Positions 38,019 to 51,660 of a stretch of 64,000 nt of DNA are shown piece by piece (position 1 is the first letter of the stretch; every line of letters starts with the position of its first letter). This DNA is from Squalus acanthias. Lineage: Eukaryota. The DNA is taken from NCBI GenBank assembly GCA_030390025.1, contig CM059438.1, positions 62,684,001 to 62,748,000 on the forward strand, read 5' to 3'. The position numbers and the translations under genes were made by a program. A model generated the notes under the pieces. That model saw nothing but the letters and a program-made list of their open reading frames with translations, was not told the origin of the DNA and did no database searches.

Positions 38019-38974
38019 CCGGCCATTTCGAGCAAAAATAGGTCTCATCAGTCAGCAAAAATGAGATGATATTCCGGATGTCTTCTTCAATATTGAAGGA
38101 CAGATGACGACAAATCGAGCTTGTTATAAAACATGTCTAAGCTTAAACTGAGCATCACCATATAAACCCAGTCAAGAGCAATTTATACAACTGGATCAAC
38201 CTATTTTGTTTCACAGCCCGTACACAGAATCCTATCCAAGCATTCCCCCCCACCCCACCTCGCCCCACGCCCTCTCCCCCCACCCTCTCCTGAAGACTGA
38301 CCTGCTGAGATATACTGCCATGTGCACAGGCTGTCCTTCGCTACCTCACCCAATGGAAGGTAAATGCCATCAAGCTATATATCAAGGATCAGTCAAGGCC
38401 CTGTGGGTGGCGGAGTGGGCCCAGGGGCTGTGTGGCCGGGTCCTGCTCCTACTTCTTGTGTTCTTTAGATTTGAGGTTAGGATCAGATCAGCCATGATCT
38501 TATTGAATGGCGGAGCAGGCTCGAGGGGCCAATTGGCCTACTCCTGCTCCTATTTCTTATGTTCTTATTCACCATGGAGTTCATCACAGCTACACCCGAT
38601 ACTGTACTCCTCTGACCTCCACAGGCACACACGTTCCAGCAACAGGAGTCCCTGTCTTGGAATGGTTTTGACATTTTTATTGCCTAATAATGTGACAAAA
38701 TGCCCCAATTTTTAAATACTGTGTATAAATGTATTCAGTGTACAAGAATGCATAATTATGGAAGAATCCTAATGAGATTTATAGAATATGCTTCATGTAT
38801 TTATAAATTTTATAAAGTCAATCTCCTTTGGCATTGCACGTGCTTGGGTGATTTTCAACTGCTCGTTTTCCAGGCAACTGAAAATTGGGATAGGTACCTC
38901 GGCCACTCCATTAATGCTCAAGGCTCATTTGATGCAAATTTTAGGTAGGCATGAAAATGGGACAAGTTGGCCAC

Positions 38975-39560
38975 AATGAGGGAGTTTGGCAGTACTTAAA
39001 TGGTGTGTTTCAGATGATCATACCCAAGCTGAACACTGATGGGGTAGAAGCCCTTGAGGTTCATAAAGGAGGCATTCCTGTTGCCAGGAACACAAACAGC
39101 TACACATGTGACATCCATGACCCCCCTGGGCTTTAGGGAAATCTGCCATTCTGAAGAAGTCAAGGACTTAGCTCTTCGGAACAAGGCATCAGTCACTTAT
39201 TGAATGCAGCGATGTGCTACTGACTGACTGATGTTCGTGATATCACCAGTGCCCCCCTGGAAAGAATGTGAGGCAAAAAAGCTCAAGGCCATGGAGACCT
39301 TGATCTCCAATGGCAGTGCTATGCCATGCCTGCCCTTCAGTGTGGCTGCACGTCTTCCTGCAACAGGTTGGAAAGGTCTTGGACCACCTCCCTAGCGAAG
39401 TGAAGCCTCTGAAGATACTGGTCCTCCATCAAGATTGAAAAAGGACCTGTGGGGCATATAAATATGTCCAACAAGGTGACAGTGGATAGCTGCCTATGCT
39501 GCCTCACTTCCCTGGCATCCAAACATTCCTCCTGTTTGTCCTCCTCTTCCTCCAAATAAA
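38975..39560 (-). pseudogene. Decayed Harbinger transposase remnant
   Basis: LQRLHFAREVVQDLSNLLQEDVQP, ALPLEIKVSMALSFFASHSFQGGTGDITNISQ, TDALFRRA, GVMDVTCVAV...FMNLKGFYPISVQLGYDH parallel the intact transposase. Confidence 0.8.
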
Positions 39561-40774
39561 CCAGATATAAAGATATGCCAAATGGGATCCCCATAGCATT
39601 GAAGGTGATGATGGGCCCCAAACAGTTGAGGGACAGCAAGCAGCTGCCCAGGATTCTAGCCCGAGGCACTCCCTTGCTGTATGGACAAGGGATTGGTATC
39701 CTACTGGACCTGCCTTTGGAAAGGAGTTGATCGATGACCAAAGGCCTTCATGACACCCTTTGGGGTAGAGTTAACCACCCTACAAGGGTTGTTGGAGAAT
39801 GTGCAGCAGTGTATCTCTAAGATCTCTGCAGTAATGTGAAGGATTTTCAGAACTGCAGTACATCATGGGAGGAGGCCAGCGCACAGCACCATCAGAGCAG
39901 AGTAGGTGCACTTGGGACACTGAGCTAAGGAAAATTGGCTCTTTAAGGCTTCTTATGGTTTGAAACAAACATCTGCCATTTCTGTTTCTGAACCCATCTT
40001 TTGTTTTTATATTGTCCTATTACCACCCCCTTTTGACTTGCACCTTCATTCCTTTTGTCATTTAATCACTCCTGCCCTCCATCCTATCACAGACTTCGTT
40101 CTTTCCCGGCCTCCCCCGCCCCCTCCCTTTTTCCCTGGCTCTGTACTTGCTTAAAAGCTGTTCTGATGAAAGTTCATCGACCTGAAACGTTAATTCTGTT
40201 TCTCTCTCCACACATACTGCCTGACCTGCTGAGTGTTTCCAACAATTTCTGTTTTTTATTTCAGATTTCCAGCATCCGCAGAATTTTGCTTTTATCATTT
40301 CTGTCACACCCTCCACCACAGTGAGCAATTGCATGGCTCCGCTTTATCAATCCATAATTCATAATCTTGAAAAATGCTAGTTGATCTAGTTATATTTTCT
40401 GTCCTTTTACAGACGCATTTTGTGAGCTGATTGCAAAGGTTTAGGGGCTTATTACTGGTGGAGCGGTTAAATTGACATAATTTTAACAAATACACTATTC
40501 CACCACTTAATTTACTGCTGCTGGTAAATTTAATGAGGTCGATTTGAAGATTATATATTTTTTGGCTCGGTCGCAAATGAGTTGGGTTATCACTTACTTA
40601 TGACTGAAAGTCCTGAAAGCTCCTAATCCAAAAACAGGCCCCAAAGCACATTAATTCAGATCATCTCATTCAGTCATACTGTTGTCTATATCATTGTCAT
40701 GACATCCCTTCTGGCAAAGAATAATTAAAGTGGAATAAAACATCCCCTGCAAACTATATATACATGTATGTATG

Positions 40775-42403
40775 CTCACTCACTCTCTCTCATTCTCACT
40801 CGCTCTCACTCTCACTCTCTCACTCACACACACTCTTTCACTTTATCTCCCACACTCAATCTCTCTCACTCTTTCTCTCTCTCTCACTCACTCACACATA
40901 CTCTTTCACTTTATCTCCCACACTCAATCTCTCTCACACACTCTCACTCTCTCTCACTATCTCTCTCTCACACACCTCTCACTCTCTCTCACTCTCTCTC
41001 TCTCACACACCTCTCACTCTCACTCTCTCACACACTCTCTCACTCACACACACTCTTTCACTTTATCTCCCACATTCAATCTCTCTCGCACACTCTCACT
41101 CTCTCTCACTCTCACTCACTTTCTCTCTCTCACACACTCTCACTCTCTCACTCTCACTCTCTCTCACTCTCTCTCTCACATACTCTCACTCACACACACT
41201 CTTTCACTTTATCTCCCACACTCTCTCTCTCTCTCTCTCTCACGCACACACTCTCTCTCACATACTCACTCACACACACACACTCTTTCACTTTATCTCC
41301 CACACTCAATCTCTCTCACACACTCTCACCTTCTCTCTCACACTCTCACTCAATCTCTCTCACTCTCACTCTCTCTCTCACACACTCTCACACAGTCTCT
41401 CTCACTCTCACTCTCTCACACACTCACTCACTCACACACACACTCTTTCACTTTATCTCCCACACTCAATCTCTCTCACACACTCTCACTTTCTCTCTCA
41501 CACACTCTCACACAGTCTCTCTCACTCTCACTCTCACTCTCACTCACACACACTCTTTCACTTTATCTCCCACACTCAATCTCTCTCACTCTCACTTTCT
41601 CTCTCACACACTCTCACACAGTCTCTCTCATTCTCACTCTCACTCACACACACTCTTTCACTTTATCTCCCACACTCAATCTCTCTCACTCTCACTTTCT
41701 CTCTCACACACTCTCACACAGTCTCTCTCACTCTCACTCTCACTCTCACTCACACACACTCTTTCTCTTTATCTCCCACACTCAATCTCTCTCACACACT
41801 CACACAGTCTCTCTCTCACACACTCTCACACAGTCTCTCTCTCTCTCTTACACTCTCACACAGTCTCTCTCACTCTCACTCTCTCTCTCACACACTCACT
41901 CACTCACACACACACTCTTTCACTTTATCTCCCACACTCTCACTCTCTCTCACACAGTCTCTCTCTCTCTCTCTCTCACACACACAGTCTCTCTCACTCT
42001 CACTCTCTCTCTCACACTCACACAGTCTCTCTCACTCTCACTCTCTCTCTCACACTCTCACACAGTCTCTCTCACTCTCACTCTCTCTCACACACTCACT
42101 CACTCACACACACACTCTTTCACTTTATCTCCCACACTCAATCTCTCTCACACACTCTCACTTTCTCTCTCACACAGTCTCTCTCACTCTCACTCTCTCT
42201 CTCACACTCACACAGTCTCTCTCACTCTCACTCTCTCTCTCACACTCTCACACAGTCTCTCTCACTCTCACTCTCTCTCACACACTCACTCACTCACACA
42301 CACACTCTTTCACTTTATCTCCCACACTCAATCTCTCTCACACACTCTCACTTTCTCTCTCACACAGTCTCTCTCACTCTCACTCTCTCACACACACACA
42401 CAC
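40775..42403. repeat. Compound (CT/CA)n satellite with a recurring longer motif
   Basis: Almost G-free plus strand; about 12 recurrences of ctctttcactttatctcccacact(caat) separated by variable CT/CA/CTCA tracts. Confidence 0.95.
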
Positions 42404-44584
42404 AAGCAGCTCTCTCATAGTGTTGCTCATGGTGAGTCTTACGATATGCTGGTTTGTAACTGTAGGATTGTAATGTAAAATGTACCGTCAGGGCCACTGG
42501 TTTAAAGCGACTGAGCCAAATTCTGTTTTTATTACATGGTGTTCTGGGATTGTTATTGGTGTTTTAGGGATTGAAGGCTGACCGGGAAATCCCAACATCG
42601 GTCCTGCTACAGTTGGCGGCACGTCTGAGAAGATAGTCGCTGACACGGGAGTTCCCGTCACCGGGCACTTCAATCTTTTGATGGGCTGGCATGGTTTGAT
42701 TGGATGTACAGAATCAGAGGAAGTTGCCTCATCCTGTCCCTTATCTTGCCCTGTCCTAGGTACAGAGCACCCCAGCAGGATGGCCAGTGATCTACGTGAA
42801 GCGGAGAGTAGGGTATCACTGAAGTTTGTGAAGTCTGCCATCACTAACTTCTCTTCAGCCAGTCCACTGCAAGATTCTCCTGTAAGTTCAAGGTCTCAGT
42901 TGCCCTAGTAATTGCATTTGTGAAAGAAACTGTGTCTTGTTTTGGTCCTTGTTTCTTCAGCAGTTCCCCTTTGGATGCCTTAAATACTGTTGGGAGTAAG
43001 GGAGGGTTCAAGATGTGGCCACCCTAGCTAAGATGCATCTACGCAAATGATGAGTTAGACCAGCATGACATCGTAAGTCCTAAATTGCGAGATTTCCATC
43101 CTAGGATATGCTGATCAACTTATGCCACAATAAAACAGGGGTATCTTTGACCACCCACTGAGGAAGGCTGATGCTGGGATCTTAAAGAGGAATTGTTGTG
43201 TTTCATTGTGCTGTAGAGAGAGGCTCACAACTTTATTTTGGATTGGTGTTTTGTCAAAAGATTTTTTTGCTCATTATGTTGGAGGTTCTGAGCTTCATTT
43301 GGAAGACTCCCTCGAGACTATTTCTTGTTTGGGGACTTTTCCTAAAATGAAGCTGCAAAATCTTTTTCCGCATTGGGATTCCCATCCTTATCATTCATTC
43401 CACGATGTGCGTGCACACCTCTCACAGAAGTGCGCCATCTTGGTAAAGGGGTTTGCGTGAGCGCATCTAACGACTGCCGGCAGCATGCAGAGCAGAAGGA
43501 AGAGGAGGGGACACATCAAGCAACCCGGGAAGCCAGGCTTATAAGGCAGAGCCACAGGAGAGCCAGACTTTCCCCCAGATAGTCAGCCAGCAGGATGTAT
43601 AGCCCCAGAAGATCATTCCTTATATCCATGGAGTTGTGTGTGTCACAGGGCCTCTGTGTTCTGTGAGACATGTGCAGACGTCCCTGAGGCTACCACTCAC
43701 TTCAGGATGCTGTGCATTGTAGAGAAGCCCCCTATAATGGTGCCTCAAAGGACGCCACTGGACTCTGCTGCCATCCATTTCATGTGCCGCACTTTAACAA
43801 AGAGTTTTCGCTGTGCCTTCATATGGTCTGATGCCCTGCAAACATTTGTTTTTTATCACTGGACCCCTGACATCATTGGCTGAATCCTCAACAGCCAGGG
43901 TCAGACATCTTCTAAGCTTCCACTCAGGCACATCTCCATCTCCAATATCTCATCCTCTGGCTTCCTGTGAGTTGCAAATCACCCTATGTCAATTCCCTCT
44001 ATCACTCTGAGTTAACCTATCTGAGCTGGTCATTGTAAGTCATAAGGTTCATGATGTAGTGGGCCAATTTCTGCTGGCAGTGCCAGATGGTGAAGGTCCT
44101 GGCATTGGTTCCTCCTCTTTCTCTTTCTTTCTCTCTCTCTCTCTGCAGTATCTTTCTTGCTTCCGGATTCCACAGAGATAAGAATGAGAAATGTAATGAG
44201 TTTCCTGCTGTCCACTTTTGCCTCTCTGTGAGGCTCATGTAAGCATCTGCTCAGAGTACCAGCCTCAGAAAAGAGATACCCTTTCTGATCTTTGACCATT
44301 AGCTCTTAGCACAAACCGCCTGTGGGCACAGGCCCTCCCATCATCCTATCCCCCACAACATTAGCTGAGTGGGTTCCCAGGATTTGCTTTAACCCCCTCC
44401 TCCTCCTCCTTCTGTCCCTTTACCTGTAGCCTGTCCTTCTTGGGAATTGCACACATGACAAAATAATGCTCGCTAATGTTTAATTTGACAACCACTTAGC
44501 TCTTCTCTTATGGAATTTCCACAGAGATAGCGAGACTTCAACAGGCATGCATGCAATGTAGAATACTCTATCCACTTAATTGAA

Positions 44585-44764
44585 ATGAGAAGTCGCACAA
44601 CACCAGGTTATAGTCCAACAGTTTTATTTGAAATCACGAGCTTTCAGAGCGCTGCTCCTCCGAAAGCTCATGATTTCAAATAAAACTGTTGGACTATAAC
44701 CTGGTGTTGTGCGACTTCTCATTTTTGTCCACCCCAGTCCAACACCGGCATCTCCGCATCATGG
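44585..44764 (+). mobile_element. Penelope-like family A palindromic insertion, hammerhead core deleted
   Basis: 13-bp TSD CCACTTAATTGAA (44572-44584 / 44765-44777); CTGACGA box absent at the centre. Confidence 0.85.
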
Positions 44765-45764
44765 CCACTTAATTGAAGTCTTCCATAAGCAGATGTCACT
44801 CCTGATCATTTAGTGCACAAGGTGGTAGATACCCTTAAATGCAAGTTCTTTCTTAATGAGGCTGGGGGTCAATTGAAAATTTCAAAACTGAGATTGATAG
44901 ATTTTTGTTAGACAGGGTATTAAGGGTTGCGGAACCCAAGGCAGGGAGAAGAGTTAAGATACAGATCAGCCATGACCTAATTGAATGGCGGAACAGGCTC
45001 GAGGGGCTGAGATACCGACCCATATTCCTAATGCACTTTTAGGGCTCTTGTTGTTTTCATATCTTTGCACTCTTCCCCTTGGAGAATAGTGTGAAGTAGT
45101 GGAAGGGATCGTTGGCTGATTAATAGTCTGACGGGGCCGCGATGACGTGAACACTCCTTCAATGGCCGCAACCATCTTTATATACCAGCCAATAGGGTGG
45201 GTAGTCCTGTACAGTGGGAGGGTTAGATGGGCTCCTACAACCCAAACGATGAGGGAGGAATGGGCAACACACCCACTGGATGCGAGTATCAAACTGATGC
45301 GATTGTGGGAGCAATTGGGTGCAAGCATGAGGCTGAGGATTGGTGAATATGACCAGCAATCTCCCTGATGGTTTGGTGGCTAAATGCTGTTCTATGCAGA
45401 CCAGCAAAATACTTAGGTTCCCCTTCTGATCTCTGCCGAGTGAGCTGATTTCAGCTGGGTCGGCAGTTGAGGTCCTGTAATTGAGTTTATATATATCTGA
45501 GCAAACAGAGATATAACATTTTTTTTTTAAATCAACCTGAGTTTCTGCTATTTGTTACATTCTGGCGACTCCCCCTGAAACATGTGCACATCTGGGCAGT
45601 GGATGAGGACAGGATCAAGCTCTGCTGTGATATGCCCTACATGGCCAAATAGCCTGCCCACACTCACTATCTGGGCGTTTGAATCACTTGGGTGAGGTCG
45701 CGCACTGCCGCTGGAATTATCACCCAACCAGAATCTGTGCCTGCAGGAAAGAAAGAACAAAGAT

Positions 45765-46160
45765 TAGGAACATAGGAACAGGATGAGGCCATTCAGCCCC
45801 TCGAAGCCTGTTCTGCCATTCAGTCAGATCATGGCTGATCTTGTATCTTAACTCCATCTCCCCGCCTTGGTTCCGTAACCCTTGCCTAACAAAAAATCTA
45901 TCAATCTCAGTTTTGAAATGTTCAATTGACCCCCCAGCCTCAACAGCTTTCTGGGGGAGAGAGTTCCAGATTTCCACTACCCTTTGTATGGAGAAGTGCT
46001 TCCTGATGTCGCCCCTGAACGGCCTGGCTCTAATTTTAAGGTTATGCCACCTGGCTCTGGACTCGCCCCACCAGAGGAAATAGTTTCTCTCCATCGACCC
46101 TATCAACTCCTTTAATCACCTTAAACAGCTCAATTAGATCACCCCTTAATCCTCTATATC
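45765..46160 (-). mobile_element. CR1 LINE 3' fragment
   Basis: RKHFSIQRVVEIWNSLPQKAV; further CR1 3' pieces at about 44880-45010 (+) and 46740-47090 (+). Confidence 0.85.
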
Positions 46161-47173
46161 TCGAGGGAATACAAGCCAGGAGGGACAGTGACTGCAAAAC
46201 AGCACCAGTAAAAAAGAGAGAGCGAAAAAGCAAACAAATCATCATGAATTAAAATCACGGTTTTATATTGAGAAAACAAGAATGATGGAGAGAGCGCAAG
46301 GACAAATTAAATTATGGAAACTCAAACCGGTTTAAATGAAGAAAATTGGAATGTAGGAGTGCCTTTTCTCTCAGAGAAATTGATGGATTTGCCCTGAACT
46401 GTGGAAAAAGCCCCCGGGCTAAGATTGGCTTGCAATCTATTTTTTTTAATATTTCTGTGAGAAAATGGAACCCTTTGCACTCTCCCGTCCTGATAGTGTG
46501 AGAACGGAAGGAACAGTCCACACAGTAATAGTTTATGGTGTTCCGAGGAAGAAAAGGTTTGATTAAATACTGAGGAGCTGATTCTGATCTCTCAAAGATG
46601 TTGGCAAATTGTTTAGAGGGGACTTTCCTGGAGGTTATATTGTGTATCCTGACGGATAGATTGTACTTTAACTGATTGGCTGTAAAGCGCTTTGTGACGT
46701 CCTGAGGCTGTGAAAGGCGCTGTATTATATATAATGTAAAGATTGTTCTCCTTCGAGCAGAGAAGGTTAAGGGGAGATTTAATAGAGGTGTTCAAAATCA
46801 CGAAGGGTTTTGCGAGAGAAATAAGGAGAAACTGTTTCCAGTGACAGAAGGTTCAGTAACCAGAGGGCACAGATTTAATTGGCAAAAGAGCCAGAGGGGA
46901 GATGAGGAGAAATTGTTTTACGCAGCGAGTTATTATGATCTGGATTGCATTGACATAAAGGGTGGTGGAAGCAGATTCAGTAGTAACTTTCAGAAGGGAA
47001 TTGGATTAATAGTTGAAGGATGAAAATTGCAGGGCTGCGGGGAAAGAGCAGGGAAGTGGGACTAATGGCCTCCTTCTATAAGATTCTTTCTTTCTTTCTT
47101 GCTTGGCACATTTCTGTACCAGGAGCATCAAAGTTGGAAAATCTCGTCTAGAGTTCCAGCAAAGGCACTTAAT

Positions 47174-48729
47174 GGGCTGGATTTTCCAAGGCCCGAGGAG
47201 GCGGGACAGCCAGTAAATTTGGAGAAAGTGGGGGCGGATGGCAAACCCACCCCCATCCCGCCTCCGTGCCCTTTTGCCAGGAGGTGGGAAGATGTGCAGC
47301 TTCGGGTCCCGTCTCCTGGAGGCGGGAAAGGCATTTAATCTTTTTAACAGGTAGTTAACAGGCAGAAAAAAGGATTAGTGCCATTTTGCCTTCACAGGTG
47401 AAGGCTTCCCGACCTCGGAGAACCCCGCCGGGTTGGAGGAGACGTGGAGGAGGTCTGCGGCGGTCGGAGGCACCTGCAAGTAAGATGTAGAGGTGAGTGA
47501 TGGGGGCAAGTGTGGAGTGGTAAGTGTGTAAGGTAAGTGATAAGTTTAAAAAAATGTTCACTTAACTTGTTTTCTTCCTACAGCCTTTAGCCGCGCTGGA
47601 TTGGGAGAGCCGACATCCTCCTTGTCAATTTCACAGGCTGGCTGTTGGAACCTCCGTACCAACAGCCATTTGAAAGGTTTGATGAGTCCTGAACATAAGG
47701 GCCCAGAAATTGATCTCGCTCTGTTCCCGCGGGGGTAAGCCTTCCCCGCGATGTCTCACCTCGCTTATGCTTTTTCTGATCCAGCTCGCACGAACTTGAT
47801 GTTCCAGACATCAGCTGTGCTGGGCTTGCGTATCCCAGCGGCGTAGTGAATTCGTGCGAGCTGTGGGATCACGTGACTCAGTTAGAGCCAATGGCAGCAC
47901 ACTATCTTCCATTCATAAGTCTCACAGCATGGCTGTGAGACTTATGAATCTTACACCCCCCCCAAAATAACAGCTAAACCTCAATTAAATTTAAAAAAAA
48001 AACCATCACATTAATAAAATAAGTATAGTTAATTAAATTAACCATTTTAAATAAAAAATTAAATTTTTGAAAAAATTTAAAATCTTTTAAAAAGTTATAA
48101 AAATAAACTTACCTGTCTTTAAAGTCTCTAAAAAAGATATACCTGTAAAAAAAAATTCAAAAAAATACTTAATTCACTACTTACCTTCTTAAAAGCGGGT
48201 CTTACTCCTCCTTTTTACATTTCCAAAATCTTCCCTACTTACCTGCGCGTCCAAAGCATGAAGTGCACAGCGTGCGCGCAGCCTGTAGCGCGCACGCGAT
48301 GCACCCAGGCCCCGCCCCCTTTTCGGAAGAGCAATTGCCGGTTTTCAGCGCATGCGCAGGGCATGCAGAAAACCGGCAATTGGAGTGGGAATACGCGAGA
48401 GTACGCAGTGCGTACTCTCGCGTCCCGGGATCAATTTTCGGCCCAAGGTCTCATTAAACTAAAGAGAATTTCAGTGTTTGACAGCATCACAGAGCTGTCA
48501 AACGCTGACATTTCTTCTTTCAAGAAGTCTTGACAGATAGCACGTCTGACGTTGACGTGCTCTGTCAGTGACTTCCTCCCTAATTGGCCTGCTGAGCCCA
48601 CAGAGCGGGCTTAACAAGCTCAATCAGGGGAAGATCCCTCTGGTTGGTCAGGCGAGGATGGAGGCGGGACATTGACACGACAAGAAGCAGCCCCGCCTCC
48701 AACTCGTCTCCATTCACAAAATCCAGCCC
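47174..48729. mobile_element. Harbinger-type MITE (GGGCTGGATTTT TIR, interior unlike M2) with nested M1 copy
   Basis: TIR GGGCTGGATTTT / AAAATCCAGCCC; TSD AAT on both sides. Confidence 0.8.
47700..48444 (-). mobile_element. MITE family M1, divergent subfamily copy
   Basis: TIR GGCCCAGAAATTGATC / GATCAATTTTCGGCCC; TSD AAG; colinear with the other M1 copies. Confidence 0.88.
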
Positions 48730-48863
48730 AATATGTTTCTTCTTTACTTCTGTCTAATAGAAACATAGAAACATAGAAACAAAGAAGATAGGAGCAGGAG
48801 TAGGCCATTCGGCCCCTCGAGCCTGCTCCGCCATTCGATGAGATCATGGCTGATCATCCAAAC

Positions 48864-51660
48864 TCAGTACCCTGTACCTGCCTTCTCCCCATATCCCTTG
48901 ATACCTTTAGCTTTAAGAAATATATCTAACTCATTCTTGAATATATTTAATGACTTGGCCTCAACTACCTTCTGTGGTAGAGAATTCCACAGGTTCACCA
49001 CTCTCTGGGTGAAGAAATTCTTCCTCATTTCTGTCCTAAATGGCTTAGCCCTTATCCTTAGATTATGACCCCTGGTTCTGGACTCTCCGACCATCGGGAA
49101 CATTCTTCCTGCATCTAGTTTGTCCAGACCTGTCAGAATTTTATATGTTTCGATGAGATCCCCTCTCATTCTTCTATACTCCAGCGAGTATAAGCCCAAT
49201 CGACCCAATCTCTCCTCATATGTCATTCCTGCCATCCCAGGTATCAGCCTTGTGAATCTTCGCTGAACTCCTTCCATGGCAAGAACATCCTTCCTCAGAT
49301 AAGGCGACCAAAACTGCACACAGTACTCAAGGTGTGGTCTCACCAAGGCCCTGTACAACTGCAGCAGGACATCCCTGTTCCTATACTCAAACCCTTTCGC
49401 TATGAAGGCCAACATACCATTTGCCTTCTTCACCGCCTGCTGCACCTGCATGCTTACCTCCAGCAACTGGTGCACAAGGACACCCAGGTCTCGTTGCACT
49501 TCTCCTTCTCCCAATCTATTGCCATTCAGATAATAGTCTGCCTTTCTGTTTTTGACACCAAAGTGGATAACCTCGCATTTATCCACGTTATATTGCATCT
49601 GCCACGCTTCTGCCCACTCACCCAACCTGTCCAAATCATCCTGGAGTTTCTCGGTATCCTCCTCGCAGCACACACGCCCACCCAGCTTTGTGTCATCTGC
49701 AAACTTGGAGATATTACATTTAGTTCCCTTATCTAGATCATTAATGTATATTGTGAATAGCTGGGGTCCAAGGACCGATCCCTGCGGTACCCCACTAGTC
49801 ACTGCCTGCCACTCAGAAAAAGACCCATTAATTCCTACTCTCTGCTTTCTGTCCGCCAACCAGTTCTCTATCCAAGTCAATACCTTGCCCCCAATCCCAT
49901 GTGCCTTAACTTTACACGCTAATCTCTTATGCGGGACCTTATCGAAAGCCTTTTGAAAGTCCAAATACACCACATCTACTGGTTCTCCCTTATCTATTTT
50001 CCCAGTTACATCCTCAAAAAATTCCAATAGATTAGTCAAGCACGATTTACCTTTTGTAAATCCATGTTGACTTTGTCCGATCCTGTCACTGTTTTTCAAG
50101 TGCTCAGCTATTACATCCTTTATAATGGACTCTAGCATTTTCCCCACTACCGATGTCAGGCTTACCGGTCTGTAATTCCCCGCTTTCTCTCTACCACCCT
50201 TTTTGAATAGTGGGGTAACATTAGCTACCCTCCAATCCATGGGTACAGTTCCAGATTCCATCGAATGTTGGAAGATGATCAGCAATGCATCTACTATTTC
50301 TAGGGCTACTTCCTTAAGTACCCTAGGATGTAGATCATCAGGCCCTGGGGATTTATCGGCCTTCAATCCCGTCAATTTCCCTAATACCATTTCCCTGCAA
50401 ATACTGATTTCTTTCAATTCCTCCCTTTCATCAGACCCTATGTTCTCCAACATCTCTGGGAGGTTATTTGTGTCCTCCTTTGTGAAGACAGAACCAAAAT
50501 ATGCATTTAATTGATCTGCCATTTCTTTGTTCCCCATTATAACGTCACCCGCTTCTGACTGCAAGGGACCTACACTTGATTTCACTAATCTTTTTCTCTT
50601 CACATATCTACAAAAGCTCTTACAGTCAGTTTTTATGTTCCCAGCAAGCTTACTTTCATATTCTATTTTCCCCTTCTTAATTAATCCCTTTGTCCTCCTT
50701 TGTTGAATCCTAAACTGCTCCCAATCCTCAGGGTTACCGCTTTTTCTGGCCAATTTATATGCCCTCTCCTTGGATCTTATGCTATCCCTAATTTCCCTTG
50801 TTAGCCACGGTTGAGTCACCCTTTTTGTTTTATTCTTATGCCACACTGGGATGAACAAATTCTGTAGTTCATCCATGCAGTCTTTGAATGTTTGCCATTG
50901 CCTATCCACCGTCAACCCTTTGAGTGACATTCCCCAATCAATCCTACCCAATTCACGCCTTATACCATCGTAGTTTCCTTTATTTAAATTCAGGACCCTG
51001 GTCTCTGATTCAACTACTTCACTCTCCATCCTAATGAAGAATTCTATCATATTATGATCACTCTGACCCAAGGGACCTCGTACATCAAGATTGCTAATTA
51101 ATCCTTTTTCGTTACATTATACCCAGTCTAAGATGGCCTGATCTCTGGTTGGTTCCTCGACATATTGTTCCAGAAAACCATCCGGTAAACATCCTAGGAA
51201 TTCCTCCTCCACAGTATTTTTACTAATTTGGTTAGCCCAATCTATATGTAAATTAAAGTCACCCATGATGACTGCTGTGCCCTTAATGCATGCTTCTCTA
51301 ATTTCCCTTTTAATGCCGTCCCCAACCTCCGTATTACTGTTTGGAGGTCTATATACCACTCCCACTAACGTTTTCTGCCCCTTGTTATTTCTCAGTTCTA
51401 CCCATACAGATTCCGCATCATCAGAGTTACTATCCTTCCTTTCAATTGTGTTAATCCCCTCTTTAACCAGCAATGCTACCCCACCTCCCTTTCTTTTTTG
51501 CCTATCTTTCCTAAATATTGAATACCCCTGGATGTTGAGTTCCCAGCCTTGGCCACCCTGGAGCCATGTTTCTGTAATCCCAATCAAATCGTATTCATTT
51601 ACCTCTATTTGCGCAGCTAATTCATCCACCTTGTTCCAAATGCTCCTTGCATTAAGACAC
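48864..51660 (-). pseudogene. CR1 ORF2 (AP endonuclease plus reverse transcriptase), one in-frame stop; N-terminal codons at 56062-56126
   Basis: LNARS, ITETW, VYRPP, MGDFN, ILDWV*CN (TAA at 51117-51119, in frame), [27 protein letters not shown]. Confidence 0.93.

Noticed and set aside
40764..42478. Three ~560-aa Ser/Leu/His/Thr ORFs
   Set aside because: Artefact of a nearly G-free CT/CA repeat that can hardly form stop codons.
45012..45400. Unclassified segment after a truncated CR1 tail, considered as an LTR
   Set aside because: No TG..CA termini, TSD or second copy could be identified.
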